Assembly (NCBI GenBank): GCA_964366415.1
Contig: CAYITG010000001.1
Coordinates: 387,203-451,202, forward strand
From: Candidatus Woesearchaeota archaeon
GTDB taxonomy: Archaea; Nanobdellota; Nanobdellia; SCGC-AAA011-G17; UBA489
DNA length: 64,000 nt
Direction: 5' to 3'
Part shown: positions 1 through 8,936 of the stretch, piece by piece
Layout: every line of letters begins with the position of its first letter
How positions within the stretch are numbered: the stretch's first letter is position 1
Program-made: the position numbers and the translations under genes
The notes under the pieces: model-generated
What the model was told of the DNA's origin: nothing
Database searches by the model: none
The model's input: only the letters and a program-made list of their open reading frames with translations

Positions 1-340
1 AGAAGGATAAGACTGGCAATCCTGGAACAACCTTGATGCCCGGCAAAACAGGAGCAACTGCAGGCACTGCATCAGCAACAAAGATCAAATCAAATGTTCC
101 TTTGAGAAGAAAGTAAAAGATAAATGCCATTCCTGCAAATCCGGTGATGACGCCGATCACACCCAATACTTTCAAGAATCTTGGAGCTGTACGAGCAATC
201 TTCTCCATTAATTTTAATCCAAGTTTTGTACGATATAATGCAACAATCTTTCCCTGCACTTGGAGATTTTCTTTATGTTTATAGAAAAAAATAATGAGAC
301 CAATATAAAACAAAAGAGCGAAGATAAGATCAATATTCAT
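1..340 (-). CDS. Multi-pass membrane protein, C-terminal part outside the window
   Basis: Minus-strand ORF starts at ATG 340 and runs off the window start; translation MNIDLIFALLFYIGLIIFFYKH... is strongly hydrophobic. Not in the ORF track because it is partial. Confidence 0.4.
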   Translation of the reverse strand, partial: MNIDLIFALLFYIGLIIFFYKHKENLQVQGKIVALYRTKLGLKLMEKIARTAPRFLKVLGVIGVITGFAGMAFIFYFLLKGTFDLIFVADAVPAVAPVLPGIKVVPGLPVLSF

Positions 341-342
341 TT

Positions 343-486
343 TTACTTGGCTGCTACCCTAATCTTTCTTAAGGTGCGGAAATTCTTTCCTCCACATTTT
401 CTGCAATGAACTTTCTTTAAGAGGATTTTTTGCGAGGCTGAGCGAAGCTTAGTTTTACATCTTTTACAGACAAAAATATTCTTCAT
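343..486 (-). CDS. rpl40e: Ribosomal protein L40e
   Basis: 47-aa ORF MKNIFVCKRCKTKLRSASQKILLKKVHCRKCGGKNFRTLRKIRVAAK with a C-x2-C...C-x2-C zinc ribbon and basic composition typical of archaeal L40e; below the ORF-track size cutoff. Confidence 0.6.
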   Translation of the reverse strand: MKNIFVCKRCKTKLRSASQKILLKKVHCRKCGGKNFRTLRKIRVAAK

Positions 487-518
487 GAACCGTGCTGAAG
501 CTTCTGGGAATTTTACCA

Positions 519-935
519 TTATTCATCATCCTTATCTTCTTCTTGTGATCGAATTGTCTGCATCACTTTTTGACCGAGAACAATCCAGTATTGGATTTGA
601 GCGCCTTCTTTTAATTTTCCTTGCAATTCTTCTGGAATCTTTAAATCGAATGTTTCGTATGTTTTCATGTCCATGATATTTGCTGTCTCTCCTGTGATAG
701 ATAATACTTGGGCATTCTCTTTTTCAATAAGAGGACTTTCAATGCTGTCCCCTGTTGGCTTGATAATGACCCTTTTAATATTGTCGAGAACACCGACGGC
801 GTCGATTCTTGCCTTCGTTCCACCATGTTTTCCCGGTTTAGAAATCTGAACTTGTTTTACCATGCACGCCACACCGTCAACAACGATATAACGGCCAGGT
901 CTCAAACTCCCCACGGAAATTGGTTTTGTTGACAT
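519..935 (-). CDS. eif5a: Translation initiation factor 5A (aIF-5A)
   Basis: Hypusine-loop motif SKPGKHGGTKAR; archaeal aIF5A length and fold pattern. Confidence 0.85.
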   Translation of the reverse strand: MSTKPISVGSLRPGRYIVVDGVACMVKQVQISKPGKHGGTKARIDAVGVLDNIKRVIIKPTGDSIESPLIEKENAQVLSITGETANIMDMKTYETFDLKIPEELQGKLKEGAQIQYWIVLGQKVMQTIRSQEEDKDDE

Positions 936-991
936 TCAAGTGATTGTCGGATGAATTCTTTATAAAGATTGTGCTTCAGTTACAAGAAAGA

Positions 992-1273
992 TTATATCCC
1001 TTTCTGCCTATAAAAGGGAACAATATCTCTTAATGGTGTTGTTTGTTCAACTTTGATTTTAATATTGCCTCTATCTAATTTCAGACTTTCAAAGTATTTT
1101 CCGATTTGATCTGGTGGAGCATAATCGGCAACATAATACTTTTGCTGCTCTGTTGTATTTGCAGGTAATGATTCGACATAGCAATTGGGAAAACCACTCT
1201 TCAATATTTTTTCAAGATTAAGAGTTTGCGAGCTTGCTCCTTGAGGAATGGTTACTATACTATGGTAAATCAT
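992..1273 (-). CDS. Hypothetical protein
   Basis: 93-aa ORF with no recognisable motif. Confidence 0.3.
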   Translation of the reverse strand: MIYHSIVTIPQGASSQTLNLEKILKSGFPNCYVESLPANTTEQQKYYVADYAPPDQIGKYFESLKLDRGNIKIKVEQTTPLRDIVPFYRQKGI

Positions 1274-1361
1274 ATTTCTTCAAAATAGATTATCTTTAAA
1301 AATCTTTAGTCTGATTCTGGTTGCTCGTTAGCTTTAAATAGTCTTTTTCTTCTGTTTTTTT

Positions 1362-2057
1362 ATGAAGATCAAAAAGGGAGATTTTATTGAACTTGATTAT
1401 ATTGGTAGAATAAAGGAAGACGGCAGAATCTTTGATCTTACTTCTGTTGAGATAGCCAAGAAAGAAGGACTGTATCAAGAACAGCAACAGTATGGTCCAC
1501 GCGTTATTTGCGTTGGTGAAGGACAGATTGTTAGAGCTATAGACACCTACTTAGAGGGAAAAGAAATGGGGACATATACTCTTTCTTTAGTACCTGATCA
1601 GGCTTTTGGAAAAAAGAATGCAAAGTTGATGAAGATTGTTCCGATTACTATGTTCCATAAACAGAAGATACGACCATTTCCAGGATTACAGATTAACATG
1701 GATGGATATATGGGGATTGTGAAGACGGTTTCTGGTGGAAGAGTTATTGTTGATTTTAATCATCCTTTGGCTGGACGCAATGTGATCTATGAATTAATAG
1801 TGAAACGTGTTGTGACTGATGTCAAAGAAAAGATCAAAGCACATTTGCATACGTTGTTTGGTAAAGATATTGACTTTACGTTTACTCAAGGAAAGCTTGC
1901 TGTTGATTTCCCTTTGCCTGAACCTTTACAACAACAAGTGCAGGGTCACATCGAAAAGATTATTCCTGATGTGAAAACAATTACTTTTGCAGCACCACCA
2001 AAGGAAGAAAAGGTGGTAGAGAACAAAGAACAGAAAAAAGCAACTACTCAACCATAG
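1362..2057 (+). CDS. FKBP-type peptidyl-prolyl cis-trans isomerase (long archaeal type)
   Basis: FKBP signature including GRVIVDFNHPLAG, plus an insert-in-flap-like and C-terminal domain. Confidence 0.75.
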   Translation: MKIKKGDFIELDYIGRIKEDGRIFDLTSVEIAKKEGLYQEQQQYGPRVICVGEGQIVRAIDTYLEGKEMGTYTLSLVPDQAFGKKNAKLMKIVPITMFHKQKIRPFPGLQINMDGYMGIVKTVSGGRVIVDFNHPLAGRNVIYELIVKRVVTDVKEKIKAHLHTLFGKDIDFTFTQGKLAVDFPLPEPLQQQVQGHIEKIIPDVKTITFAAPPKEEKVVENKEQKKATTQP

Positions 2058-2114
2058 ATAACTATAAAAATCCCTTTAAGTTATTAGCATCTATCTCTTC
2101 ATAGTGAAAAAAAG

Positions 2115-3203
2115 ATGGCAGATTTAACTTCAAAAGGAGGACATGTACCACCAACATCTAATCCCTTAGATGCTGAACTCGAGCAGATTCTTTCCCGACA
2201 ACGCGCTAAAATTAAGGTTGTAGGATGCGGTGGCGGTGGAAACAACACTATTAATCGTATTTCTGAAGTTGGAGCCAGTGGCATTGAGACTATTGCCGTG
2301 AATACTGATGCTCAAGATTTATTGTATACACATGCTACGACAAAAATTCTCATTGGAAAAGAGATTACCCAAGGTTTGGGCGCAGGATCTGTTCCTCAGA
2401 TTGGAGAGGAAGCAGCGCGAGAAAATGAACATGAAATCAAAGCAAAATTGCAAGGATCAGACATGGTCTTTATCACCTGTGGATTGGGTGGAGGAACGGG
2501 AAGTGGAAGCGCGCATGTTGTTGCTGAACAAGCCAAGAAATTGAATGCATTGACTGTTGCTATTGTGACGTTGCCCTTTGAGATGGAGGGAAGAAGAAGA
2601 TATGAGAATGCCATGTATGGATTAGAGAAACTTGAGAAAGTAGCTGATACACTTATTGTGATTCCGAATGATAAATTATTGGAATTAGCACCTGAATTAC
2701 CCTTACATACTGCTTTCAAGATTGCTGATGAAATTTTAACGAATGCTGTGAAAGGCATTTCAGAACTTGTTACGAAAGCAGGATTAGTAAATTTAGATTT
2801 TGCAGATATTCGCACTGTTATGGGTAGAGGCGGTGTTGCTATGATTGGTGTTGGTGAAAGCGATACTGAACATCGCGCTACAGAATGTGTGCAGAAGGCT
2901 TTGAATAATCCTTTATTAGATGTTGATATTACTGGAGCAACAGGCGCTTTGATCAATGTGAGCGGTGGACCTGATATGACTTTAGAAGAAGCAAAAACTG
3001 TTGTTGAAACGGTCAGTCAAAAAATGAGTGATGAAGCACGCATCATCTGGGGAGCGCAGATTTCTGAAGATTTAGGAAAAACCATCAGATGTATGTTGAT
3101 TGTCACAGGCGTCAATAGTCCTCAGATCTTTGGACCTAAACGCATGATGGTTGAAAAAGAGAAGAAAGAGATCGAAAACGAATTAGGGATTGATTTCTTG
3201 TAG
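2115..3203 (+). CDS. ftsZ: Cell division GTPase FtsZ
   Basis: Tubulin/FtsZ GTP-binding motifs [12 protein letters not shown] and [13 protein letters not shown]. Confidence 0.9.
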   Translation: MADLTSKGGHVPPTSNPLDAELEQILSRQRAKIKVVGCGGGGNNTINRISEVGASGIETIAVNTDAQDLLYTHATTKILIGKEITQGLGAGSVPQIGEEAARENEHEIKAKLQGSDMVFITCGLGGGTGSGSAHVVAEQAKKLNALTVAIVTLPFEMEGRRRYENAMYGLEKLEKVADTLIVIPNDKLLELAPELPLHTAFKIADEILTNAVKGISELVTKAGLVNLDFADIRTVMGRGGVAMIGVGESDTEHRATECVQKALNNPLLDVDITGATGALINVSGGPDMTLEEAKTVVETVSQKMSDEARIIWGAQISEDLGKTIRCMLIVTGVNSPQIFGPKRMMVEKEKKEIENELGIDFL

Positions 3204-3213
3204 TTTTATTAAG

Positions 3214-3594
3214 TTAACTTTTTATAACTTTGAAAGCTTCTAATTTATCTTTCATACTCGGAAGAGACGCAGTTTCTTTATCTTGGCTTGCAGCCTCTAA
3301 TATCATTCTTTCAATATCAGAAACTGTATTTTGATTACCGAAAAGTTCAACTGTTATTCCCCTTTTATCTCCGTTCCAGGTGGATTGGTAATGTAATGTG
3401 ACACCTTGTGGTTCAATATGGTATACTGCTCTCGTTATTTGCCCCTTTCTTGTAGATATTGTTGGAAAGATCGTGCCTGTTGAGATGGCATTATATTCAT
3501 TTCGCAAAACATGTTCCATAAAATCATAAAAATTATCGAGTTTAAATAAACCATCATAATAACTAGCTTCAAAATGAACAATTGTTTTTTGCAT
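3214..3594 (-). CDS. Hypothetical protein
   Basis: 126-aa ORF with no recognisable motif. Confidence 0.35.
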   Translation of the reverse strand: MQKTIVHFEASYYDGLFKLDNFYDFMEHVLRNEYNAISTGTIFPTISTRKGQITRAVYHIEPQGVTLHYQSTWNGDKRGITVELFGNQNTVSDIERMILEAASQDKETASLPSMKDKLEAFKVIKS

Positions 3595-3731
3595 ATGCTT
3601 GAGTTATGTGCCTTTTATATAAACCTTTGCTCTTCCACGTTAATTAAGAGTTAACTTGCGTGCTCTGCAGAGCACCTTTAACCATGAACAAAGATCACAA
3701 TATTTTTATAGTTTAATTATTTCTTTTTTGT

Positions 3732-4148
3732 ATGTTTTTTGCAGAGTATCTGGTTAAAGAACTTCATCTTGATCCTTCTTTGGTATCTACTCGACAGCAC
3801 TCTCTTGCATTTGTTGCTGGCGCTGAACGGCTCTTTGGTCTTGGCCAGGGATTATCACATAAATATCGACGAGTTCTTGAACAAGAAGCTAAACGAAGAG
3901 AACGAATAGAAGATATTATTGTTGACAGCATTCCTTCTTCCCCTGATCGTTCTTTACGCGACTATATTGCCTTAGCAAAGGCTCATTACGAACAACAAGG
4001 ATTTACCATAACTGCGGACCGAGAGAATGGTTTTACTATGAAAAAAGAGGGTTTAGATTACTGGACACACCTCGACCTTTCCGGATTGGATAGTTTTAGT
4101 CAAACCCTTTCTTTTACCTTATTTAGAGAGTTTCCCAAAACTCCATAA
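3732..4148 (+). CDS. Hypothetical protein
   Basis: 138-aa ORF with no recognisable motif. Confidence 0.35.
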   Translation: MFFAEYLVKELHLDPSLVSTRQHSLAFVAGAERLFGLGQGLSHKYRRVLEQEAKRRERIEDIIVDSIPSSPDRSLRDYIALAKAHYEQQGFTITADRENGFTMKKEGLDYWTHLDLSGLDSFSQTLSFTLFREFPKTP

Positions 4149-4171
4149 CAACCTTTAAAAAGGGGCTTTAA

Positions 4172-4354
4172 TTGGAGTTTTCCATGCTCACTAGATTGAA
4201 GAGTTTTATTTTGGAATGCGTACGTGTTTTCAAAATAACGAAGAAACCTGGTAAAGAAGAATTCATTACAGTTGTTAAAGTGTCAGGTATTGGCATTTTA
4301 CTCATCGGACTTATTGGTTTCATCGTCCAGACAGGATGGCAACTCTTTAGCTGA
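4172..4354 (+). CDS. secE: Protein translocase subunit SecE (Sec61 gamma)
   Basis: 60 aa with a single C-terminal transmembrane helix, immediately upstream of Spt5 and L11 (the conserved secE-nusG-rpl11 order). Confidence 0.65.
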   Translation: MEFSMLTRLKSFILECVRVFKITKKPGKEEFITVVKVSGIGILLIGLIGFIVQTGWQLFS

Positions 4355-4362
4355 GGAATCAC

Positions 4363-4863
4363 ATGGCAATTTTCGCATTACGAACAACAAGCAACAGAGA
4401 AGATCAGGTATTTGATTTTGTCAGTTCTAATGTTGAAAAAAAGAACTTGGCTGTTTTAAGTTTGATCCGACCTCATGGCTTGAGAGGATATATTTTCATT
4501 GAAGTTGAAACTCGAGAAATTGCAGAAGAAGCCTATCACAAAGTGCCTTATGCACGCGGCATTTTACCAAAACCTGTTACTTATCAAGAGATTGAACATA
4601 TGCTCGAACAAGTCAGAGTACAGATGAATATCCAGAAAGGAGATATTGTTGAAGTCATCAGCGGACCTTTCAAAGGGGAACAAGCTAAGGTCAATAGAGT
4701 CGATCAGACTAAAGAAGAAGTTGTTGTTGAACTTTTAGAAGCAGCTATTCCTATTCCTATCACCGTCAAACTTGATTCCGTTAAGGTTATAAGGAGAGAT
4801 GAAAGCGGCAACAATAACAATATGAGCGCTGAAGAAAAAAGATCTGAGGAATCAAACCAATGA
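4363..4863 (+). CDS. spt5: Transcription elongation factor Spt5 (NusG homolog)
   Basis: NGN domain plus KOW motif GDIVEVISGPFKGEQAKV; TGA stop overlaps the L11 start as ATGA. Confidence 0.8.
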   Translation: MAIFALRTTSNREDQVFDFVSSNVEKKNLAVLSLIRPHGLRGYIFIEVETREIAEEAYHKVPYARGILPKPVTYQEIEHMLEQVRVQMNIQKGDIVEVISGPFKGEQAKVNRVDQTKEEVVVELLEAAIPIPITVKLDSVKVIRRDESGNNNNMSAEEKRSEESNQ

Positions 4864-5615
4864 CCAAATTACAACTCATCGTGGACGGAGGAAAAGCAAC
4901 GACAACTCCAGCCATGGCTCAAACGTTAGGGCCTATGAAAATTCCTCTTAATGAAGTTCTCGCCAAGATTAATGACAAGACTAAAGCATTCCAAGGCATT
5001 AAAGTGCCTGTTGAAGTGAATGTGAACGATAAAGACAAAACGTATGACGTCAAAGTAGGAAGTCCACCTGCTTCTGAACTTATTAAAAAAGAATTGAAAT
5101 TGGAAAAAGGAAGCGGAACGCCTAATCGAGAAAAACTTGTGAACCTTGGTGTTGAACAAGTGATCAAGATTGCACAGCAGAAAATGGATGGATTGTTGGA
5201 CAAGACGTTGAAAGCTGCTGTCAAAACTATTGCCGGAACATGCAACAGCATGGGATTATTGATTGAAGGCAAGACTAGTGATGCATTTACGAGAGATTTG
5301 GAAGCTGGCAAGTATGACCAAGAATTGAAAGAAGTAAAAATAGAGATTGCTCCTGAGAAGAAAGCACGCTTACAACAAGAATTACAAACTATCCAAGAAC
5401 GCTTACGCAAAGAACAGGAACGCTTGAAGGCTGAGGAAGAAGCGAAAGCCGCTGCAGTTGCTGCTGAGAAACCTGCTGAAGCTGCACCTGCTGAAGGCGC
5501 TACTAAAGAAGGAGAAAAGAAACCTGCTGAAGCTGGTAAGGCTCCTGCTGCCGGTGCAGAAAAGAAAGCTGCCGCTCCTGCTGCTGAGAAAAAAGCTCCT
5601 GAGAAAAAGAAATAA
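4860..5615 (+). CDS. rpl11: Ribosomal protein L11 (uL11) with a roughly 100-aa Ala/Lys/Glu/Pro-rich C-terminal extension
   Basis: N-terminal 150 aa align to archaeal L11 (GGKATTTP..., SPPASELIKK, GSGTPNREK). The C-terminal tail is low-complexity: AAEKPAEAAPAEGATKEGEKKPAEAGKAPAAGAEKKAAAPAAEKKAPEKKK. Confidence 0.8.
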   Translation: MTKLQLIVDGGKATTTPAMAQTLGPMKIPLNEVLAKINDKTKAFQGIKVPVEVNVNDKDKTYDVKVGSPPASELIKKELKLEKGSGTPNREKLVNLGVEQVIKIAQQKMDGLLDKTLKAAVKTIAGTCNSMGLLIEGKTSDAFTRDLEAGKYDQELKEVKIEIAPEKKARLQQELQTIQERLRKEQERLKAEEEAKAAAVAAEKPAEAAPAEGATKEGEKKPAEAGKAPAAGAEKKAAAPAAEKKAPEKKK

Positions 5616-5672
5616 TTTTTTACACTTACCCACAAGCTTTATTAGGACTTCTTGAACGTATTTTCTCTTTAC

Positions 5673-5745
5673 GGGGCCGTAGTCTAACCTGGTAGGACTT
5701 GTGGTTTGGGACCATAGGGTCCAGGTTCAAATCCTGGCGGCCTCA
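5673..5745 (+). tRNA. tRNA-Pro (anticodon TGG)
   Basis: Cloverleaf with acceptor GGGGCCG/CGGCCTC, anticodon loop TTTGGGA, T-arm CCAGGTTCAAATCCTGG, discriminator A and no encoded CCA. Confidence 0.8.
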
Positions 5746-5820
5746 TCTCTTTCACAAGCTTTAAAAAGGCAAAGAAGTACAGCATTACCTACCTTTTAAC
5801 ACTCTTATTGGGGCATATCT

Positions 5821-6036
5821 ATGGTTACTAAAATTGTTGGCTCAACAGGTCGTTTTGGCGTCCGTTACGGAAAACGTTTACGCACACTTACACTACAAAT
5901 AGAAAAAAAACAGCGACAAAAACAAATATGCCCTTACTGTTCACGCCCACAAGTGAAAAGATTAGCAGCTGGCATTTTCCAATGTTACAAATGTTCAACT
6001 AAATTTACTGGTGATGCTTACCTGATGAAGGCTTAA
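5821..6036 (+). CDS. rpl37ae: Ribosomal protein L37Ae (L43e)
   Basis: GRFGVRYG motif and a C4 zinc ribbon (CPYC...CYKC). Confidence 0.85.
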   Translation: MVTKIVGSTGRFGVRYGKRLRTLTLQIEKKQRQKQICPYCSRPQVKRLAAGIFQCYKCSTKFTGDAYLMKA

Positions 6037-6038
6037 CT

Positions 6039-6176
6039 ATGGCAATCTACAAATGTTTTCAATGCAGTAAAGAAGTGAAAGAGGAATATGTGCGCAAGAA
6101 AATACGCTGTCCTTATTGCGGATACAAGATTTTGTACAAACCACGCACTGTTACTGCAACCGTGAAGGCGGTATAA
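6039..6176 (+). CDS. rpoP: DNA-directed RNA polymerase subunit P (Rpb12 homolog)
   Basis: 45-aa ORF MAIYKCFQCSKEV...IRCPYCGYKIL with two C-x2-C pairs, in the conserved position after L37Ae; below the ORF-track cutoff. Confidence 0.7.
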   Translation: MAIYKCFQCSKEVKEEYVRKKIRCPYCGYKILYKPRTVTATVKAV

Positions 6177-6184
6177 GGTGAGAT

Positions 6185-6529
6185 ATGGACGTTTCACCAG
6201 AACTTGAGGAAAAGATTGCTCGCCTGCAAATGCTAGAGCAAAATGTTCAGGCATTTTCTTCTCAACGACAACAATTTCAGATCCACATTACTGAAATTGA
6301 GCATGCATTACAAGAATTAGAACACACAAAAGAAAAACCCTACAAAATTGTTGGCTCACTCATGATTGCCAGTGATGCTGAAGAACTTAAAAAAGAATTG
6401 AGTTCTCAGAAAGAAATGGCCGAGCTCCGTATTAAGAGCTTGGAAAAACAAGAAACACAATTACGGGAAAAGGCAGAGTCTCTTCAGAAAGAAGTCGTAG
6501 GGGCGCTGCAACAAAAAGGAGGGAAATAG
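6185..6529 (+). CDS. pfdB: Prefoldin beta subunit
   Basis: Coiled-coil protein of about 114 aa with the conserved L37ae-rpoP-pfdB context; GGTGA Shine-Dalgarno-like motif upstream. Confidence 0.75.
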   Translation: MDVSPELEEKIARLQMLEQNVQAFSSQRQQFQIHITEIEHALQELEHTKEKPYKIVGSLMIASDAEELKKELSSQKEMAELRIKSLEKQETQLREKAESLQKEVVGALQQKGGK

Positions 6530-6530
6530 T

Positions 6531-6776
6531 ATGGCAGGATTACAGACAGTTATAGAGGTCCTTTCTATTATTGAACAAGATGCGAGTGTGCCTAAGAATG
6601 TGAGGGCAAAAATTACTTCAGCGATCAAATCTTTACAAGATGAGAATGGCAAATCACATGAGGTGAAGATTGACCAAATTTTGCAACAACTTGATGACTT
6701 AAGTGATGATCCAAATTTACCACCATACACCCGTACACAAATCTGGAACGTTGTCAGCACACTTGAAAGTGTTTAG
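6531..6776 (+). CDS. UPF0147 family protein
   Basis: Conserved archaeal motifs VPKNVR and RTQIWNVVSTLESV; typical neighbour of prefoldin beta. Confidence 0.7.
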   Translation: MAGLQTVIEVLSIIEQDASVPKNVRAKITSAIKSLQDENGKSHEVKIDQILQQLDDLSDDPNLPPYTRTQIWNVVSTLESV

Positions 6777-6837
6777 CGTTGTGTAGCATAGAAATCTTTA
6801 TATAGAGAAAACCTCTCTTAACTGCTGAGGGATAAAA

Positions 6838-7239
6838 GTGGCTTTATTTTCAAAAATAAAAGAACGTCTTGGCTTTGGTTCTCGTGTTCCTGTTGAGGAT
6901 TTCGATGATGAATACGAAGAAGAATATATGGAAATCGATCCTACCAAAGACGTTGGATTAAAATCCAAGATTGTTGTCAAGTCCTTCATTATCAATGATT
7001 TCGCCGATGTTAAGGATGCCTTAGATGCTTTACGCGAAGGCTATACCATTGCTTTGATTAACATTAAACCTTTGAAAGACCGAGACATTGTTGAATTGAA
7101 ACGAGCTGTGAACAAATTAAAGAAGACCTGTGATGCCATTGATGGCGATATTGCAGGCGTTAGCGAGGATTGGATTGTTGTCACACCTACGTTTGCCCAT
7201 ATCTATCGCAATAAAGGCACGGAAGAAGTCGAACATTAA
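6838..7239 (+). CDS. sepF: Cell division protein SepF-like (DUF552)
   Basis: The C-terminal domain follows the SepF pattern: KSFIINDFADVKDALDALREGYTIALINIKPL...CDAIDGDIAGVSEDWIVVTP. Confidence 0.65.
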   Translation: MALFSKIKERLGFGSRVPVEDFDDEYEEEYMEIDPTKDVGLKSKIVVKSFIINDFADVKDALDALREGYTIALINIKPLKDRDIVELKRAVNKLKKTCDAIDGDIAGVSEDWIVVTPTFAHIYRNKGTEEVEH

Positions 7240-7241
7240 CC

Positions 7242-7556
7242 ATGGGCGAATGTGATGCTGACGAACGTTATTATCTTATTGCGCGTAATTCTCAAAATAA
7301 GTCTTTTCAGTTTGTTCGAGTTGAAGGAAACGACATACCCGTCTGGAGCTTTGGAGAAATTCCCTATTTCACTTCACGTAAAGAAGTGCTAAATCTTTCT
7401 AGTCACTTGCAAACCCGCGGATATGAAACACATGTTATCGAAGATAATACTGTTGAGGATAGACGATTTATAACGCTTGAAACAAAAGTCGAACATGCTG
7501 AACCAGCCTGGGTGGTAAAGCGTGATTTTTCATTTTTAAATCTTTTCCGAAGTTAA
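7242..7556 (+). CDS. Hypothetical protein
   Basis: 104-aa ORF with no recognisable motif. Confidence 0.3.
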   Translation: MGECDADERYYLIARNSQNKSFQFVRVEGNDIPVWSFGEIPYFTSRKEVLNLSSHLQTRGYETHVIEDNTVEDRRFITLETKVEHAEPAWVVKRDFSFLNLFRS

Positions 7557-7583
7557 TTGCAAAAACAATAGCTTTTTAAAATT

Positions 7584-8129
7584 TTGTCTCTTCTTAGTTC
7601 TATGGAAAAAATAGAAGGACAGCAATGTCCTGTCTGCATGGAAAAGAAATTAACTTTAAGTGAAGAGACCAAAGACATACCTTTTTTTGGAAAGACCTTT
7701 ATTTTTTCTATGGTGTGTGGGGGTTGTGGTTTTCATAAAAGTGATTTAGAAGCTGCAGAACAAAAATCACCTTGCAAAATTACTTTTGCTGTTCAAAGCG
7801 ATAAAGACATGAACGTGCGCGTTGTGAAAAGCTCGGAAGCATCTGTTGCTGTTCCTCAATTGAAGATGAGCATGACTCCTGGGCCTGCTAGTGAAGGATT
7901 CGTCAGTAATATTGAAGGATTATTAGACAAATTTAAGAATATTATTGAAGATCAACGTGATGTTAGTGAAGATGATGATGAGAAACAAACTGCGAAGAAT
8001 TTGTTGAAGAAGATTTGGAAGATTAAATGTGGAGATATTCCTGTTACTATTGTGATTGAAGATCCTTCAGGGAATAGCGCTATTATTTCTGATAAAGCAA
8101 AGATTGAACCTTTGAAAGTGAAGAAGTAA
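7584..8129 (+). CDS. ZPR1-type zinc finger protein
   Basis: C-x2-C...C-x2-C finger (CPVCMEKK...CGGCGF) followed by a beta-rich domain, the archaeal ZPR1/COG1779 layout. Confidence 0.6.
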   Translation: MSLLSSMEKIEGQQCPVCMEKKLTLSEETKDIPFFGKTFIFSMVCGGCGFHKSDLEAAEQKSPCKITFAVQSDKDMNVRVVKSSEASVAVPQLKMSMTPGPASEGFVSNIEGLLDKFKNIIEDQRDVSEDDDEKQTAKNLLKKIWKIKCGDIPVTIVIEDPSGNSAIISDKAKIEPLKVKK

Positions 8130-8131
8130 CA

Positions 8132-8449
8132 TTAATGTCTTTGTTCTTTAATATGCTCTTTAAAGTCATGTGCTAAGCTTTGAAATTGTCTAGCAAGATT
8201 ATTCAGATCAGCCCTCATTTTTGCTTGGTTTATTGCTACATTAATAATTAATGTTGTGTTCAGGACTAAAAATCCGATTGTTAATGTGTCACTTATCCAC
8301 GAACCACCAAATACTTTTACAAGAATTTGATATGCTATAAGCAATGCAAACAGTATCCAAAGCAACTTCCAGATTATCCAAAACATTTGTGTCATTTTTT
8401 CTTTTCTCATGTTAGTACTTCCCACTGATAAGCCAGATGATAAGGACAA
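8132..8449 (-). CDS. Hypothetical membrane protein
   Basis: Two predicted transmembrane helices; no motif. Confidence 0.3.
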   Translation of the reverse strand: MSLSSGLSVGSTNMRKEKMTQMFWIIWKLLWILFALLIAYQILVKVFGGSWISDTLTIGFLVLNTTLIINVAINQAKMRADLNNLARQFQSLAHDFKEHIKEQRH

Positions 8450-8538
8450 TAACTAATACCATTGCCACCGCTATTTGGATTTTTTCTAGCCTTTGTTGCA
8501 CTTTTTCAAGATTCATGTTACTATGAACTTTCTTTTGT

Positions 8539-8907
8539 TTAAATATCTTTTCTAGAAATTTCCGTAAAACTTACGAATTCATTCGCCAATGTTGTTCTCT
8601 TCTTTAGGATTTCTTTCATTTTTTCCTCGAGAAGCGTAATAAGCTCTGGTTGATTATAACTATACATATCGGGGACGTTCAAAGAAAGAATATGTTTTTT
8701 ACTATAGGTGCTTGGGAAGCGTTTTGCAATTTCTGTACGTTGATGATCTTCCATAACAAGGATAAGATCTGCCCATTCTAGTTCTTTTTGTGTTACCGGG
8801 TTTTCGTTATACAAACCTGCTGATTTTGTTTGGAGTGTACTCTTAAACAGATGTTCTGCTGTTTTGCTTCTATGCTTATTTTGGTTACAAATAAAAAGAG
8901 TTTTCAT
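8539..8907 (-). CDS. Low-molecular-weight protein-tyrosine phosphatase / ArsC-family protein
   Basis: N-terminal C-x5-R-S P-loop (FICNQNKHRS) and a length of about 120 aa. Confidence 0.5.
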   Translation of the reverse strand: MKTLFICNQNKHRSKTAEHLFKSTLQTKSAGLYNENPVTQKELEWADLILVMEDHQRTEIAKRFPSTYSKKHILSLNVPDMYSYNQPELITLLEEKMKEILKKRTTLANEFVSFTEISRKDI

Positions 8908-8936
8908 AGAGAAACTGGTGTTTTTTATCTATATAT

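Noticed and set aside
3654-3679. Perfect inverted repeat GTGCTCTG-CAGAGCAC in the divergent intergenic region.
   Set aside because: It is an isolated 8-bp palindrome. It could be a transcription-factor site or a weak terminator, but nothing else supports either.
4919-5655. Antisense and alternative-frame ORFs (238, 77, 76 and 65 aa) overlapping the L11 gene.
   Set aside because: They are low-complexity translations (Ala/Ser/Phe/Leu-rich) of the repetitive GCTGCT/AAGAAA tail of L11 and lie inside a well-supported CDS.
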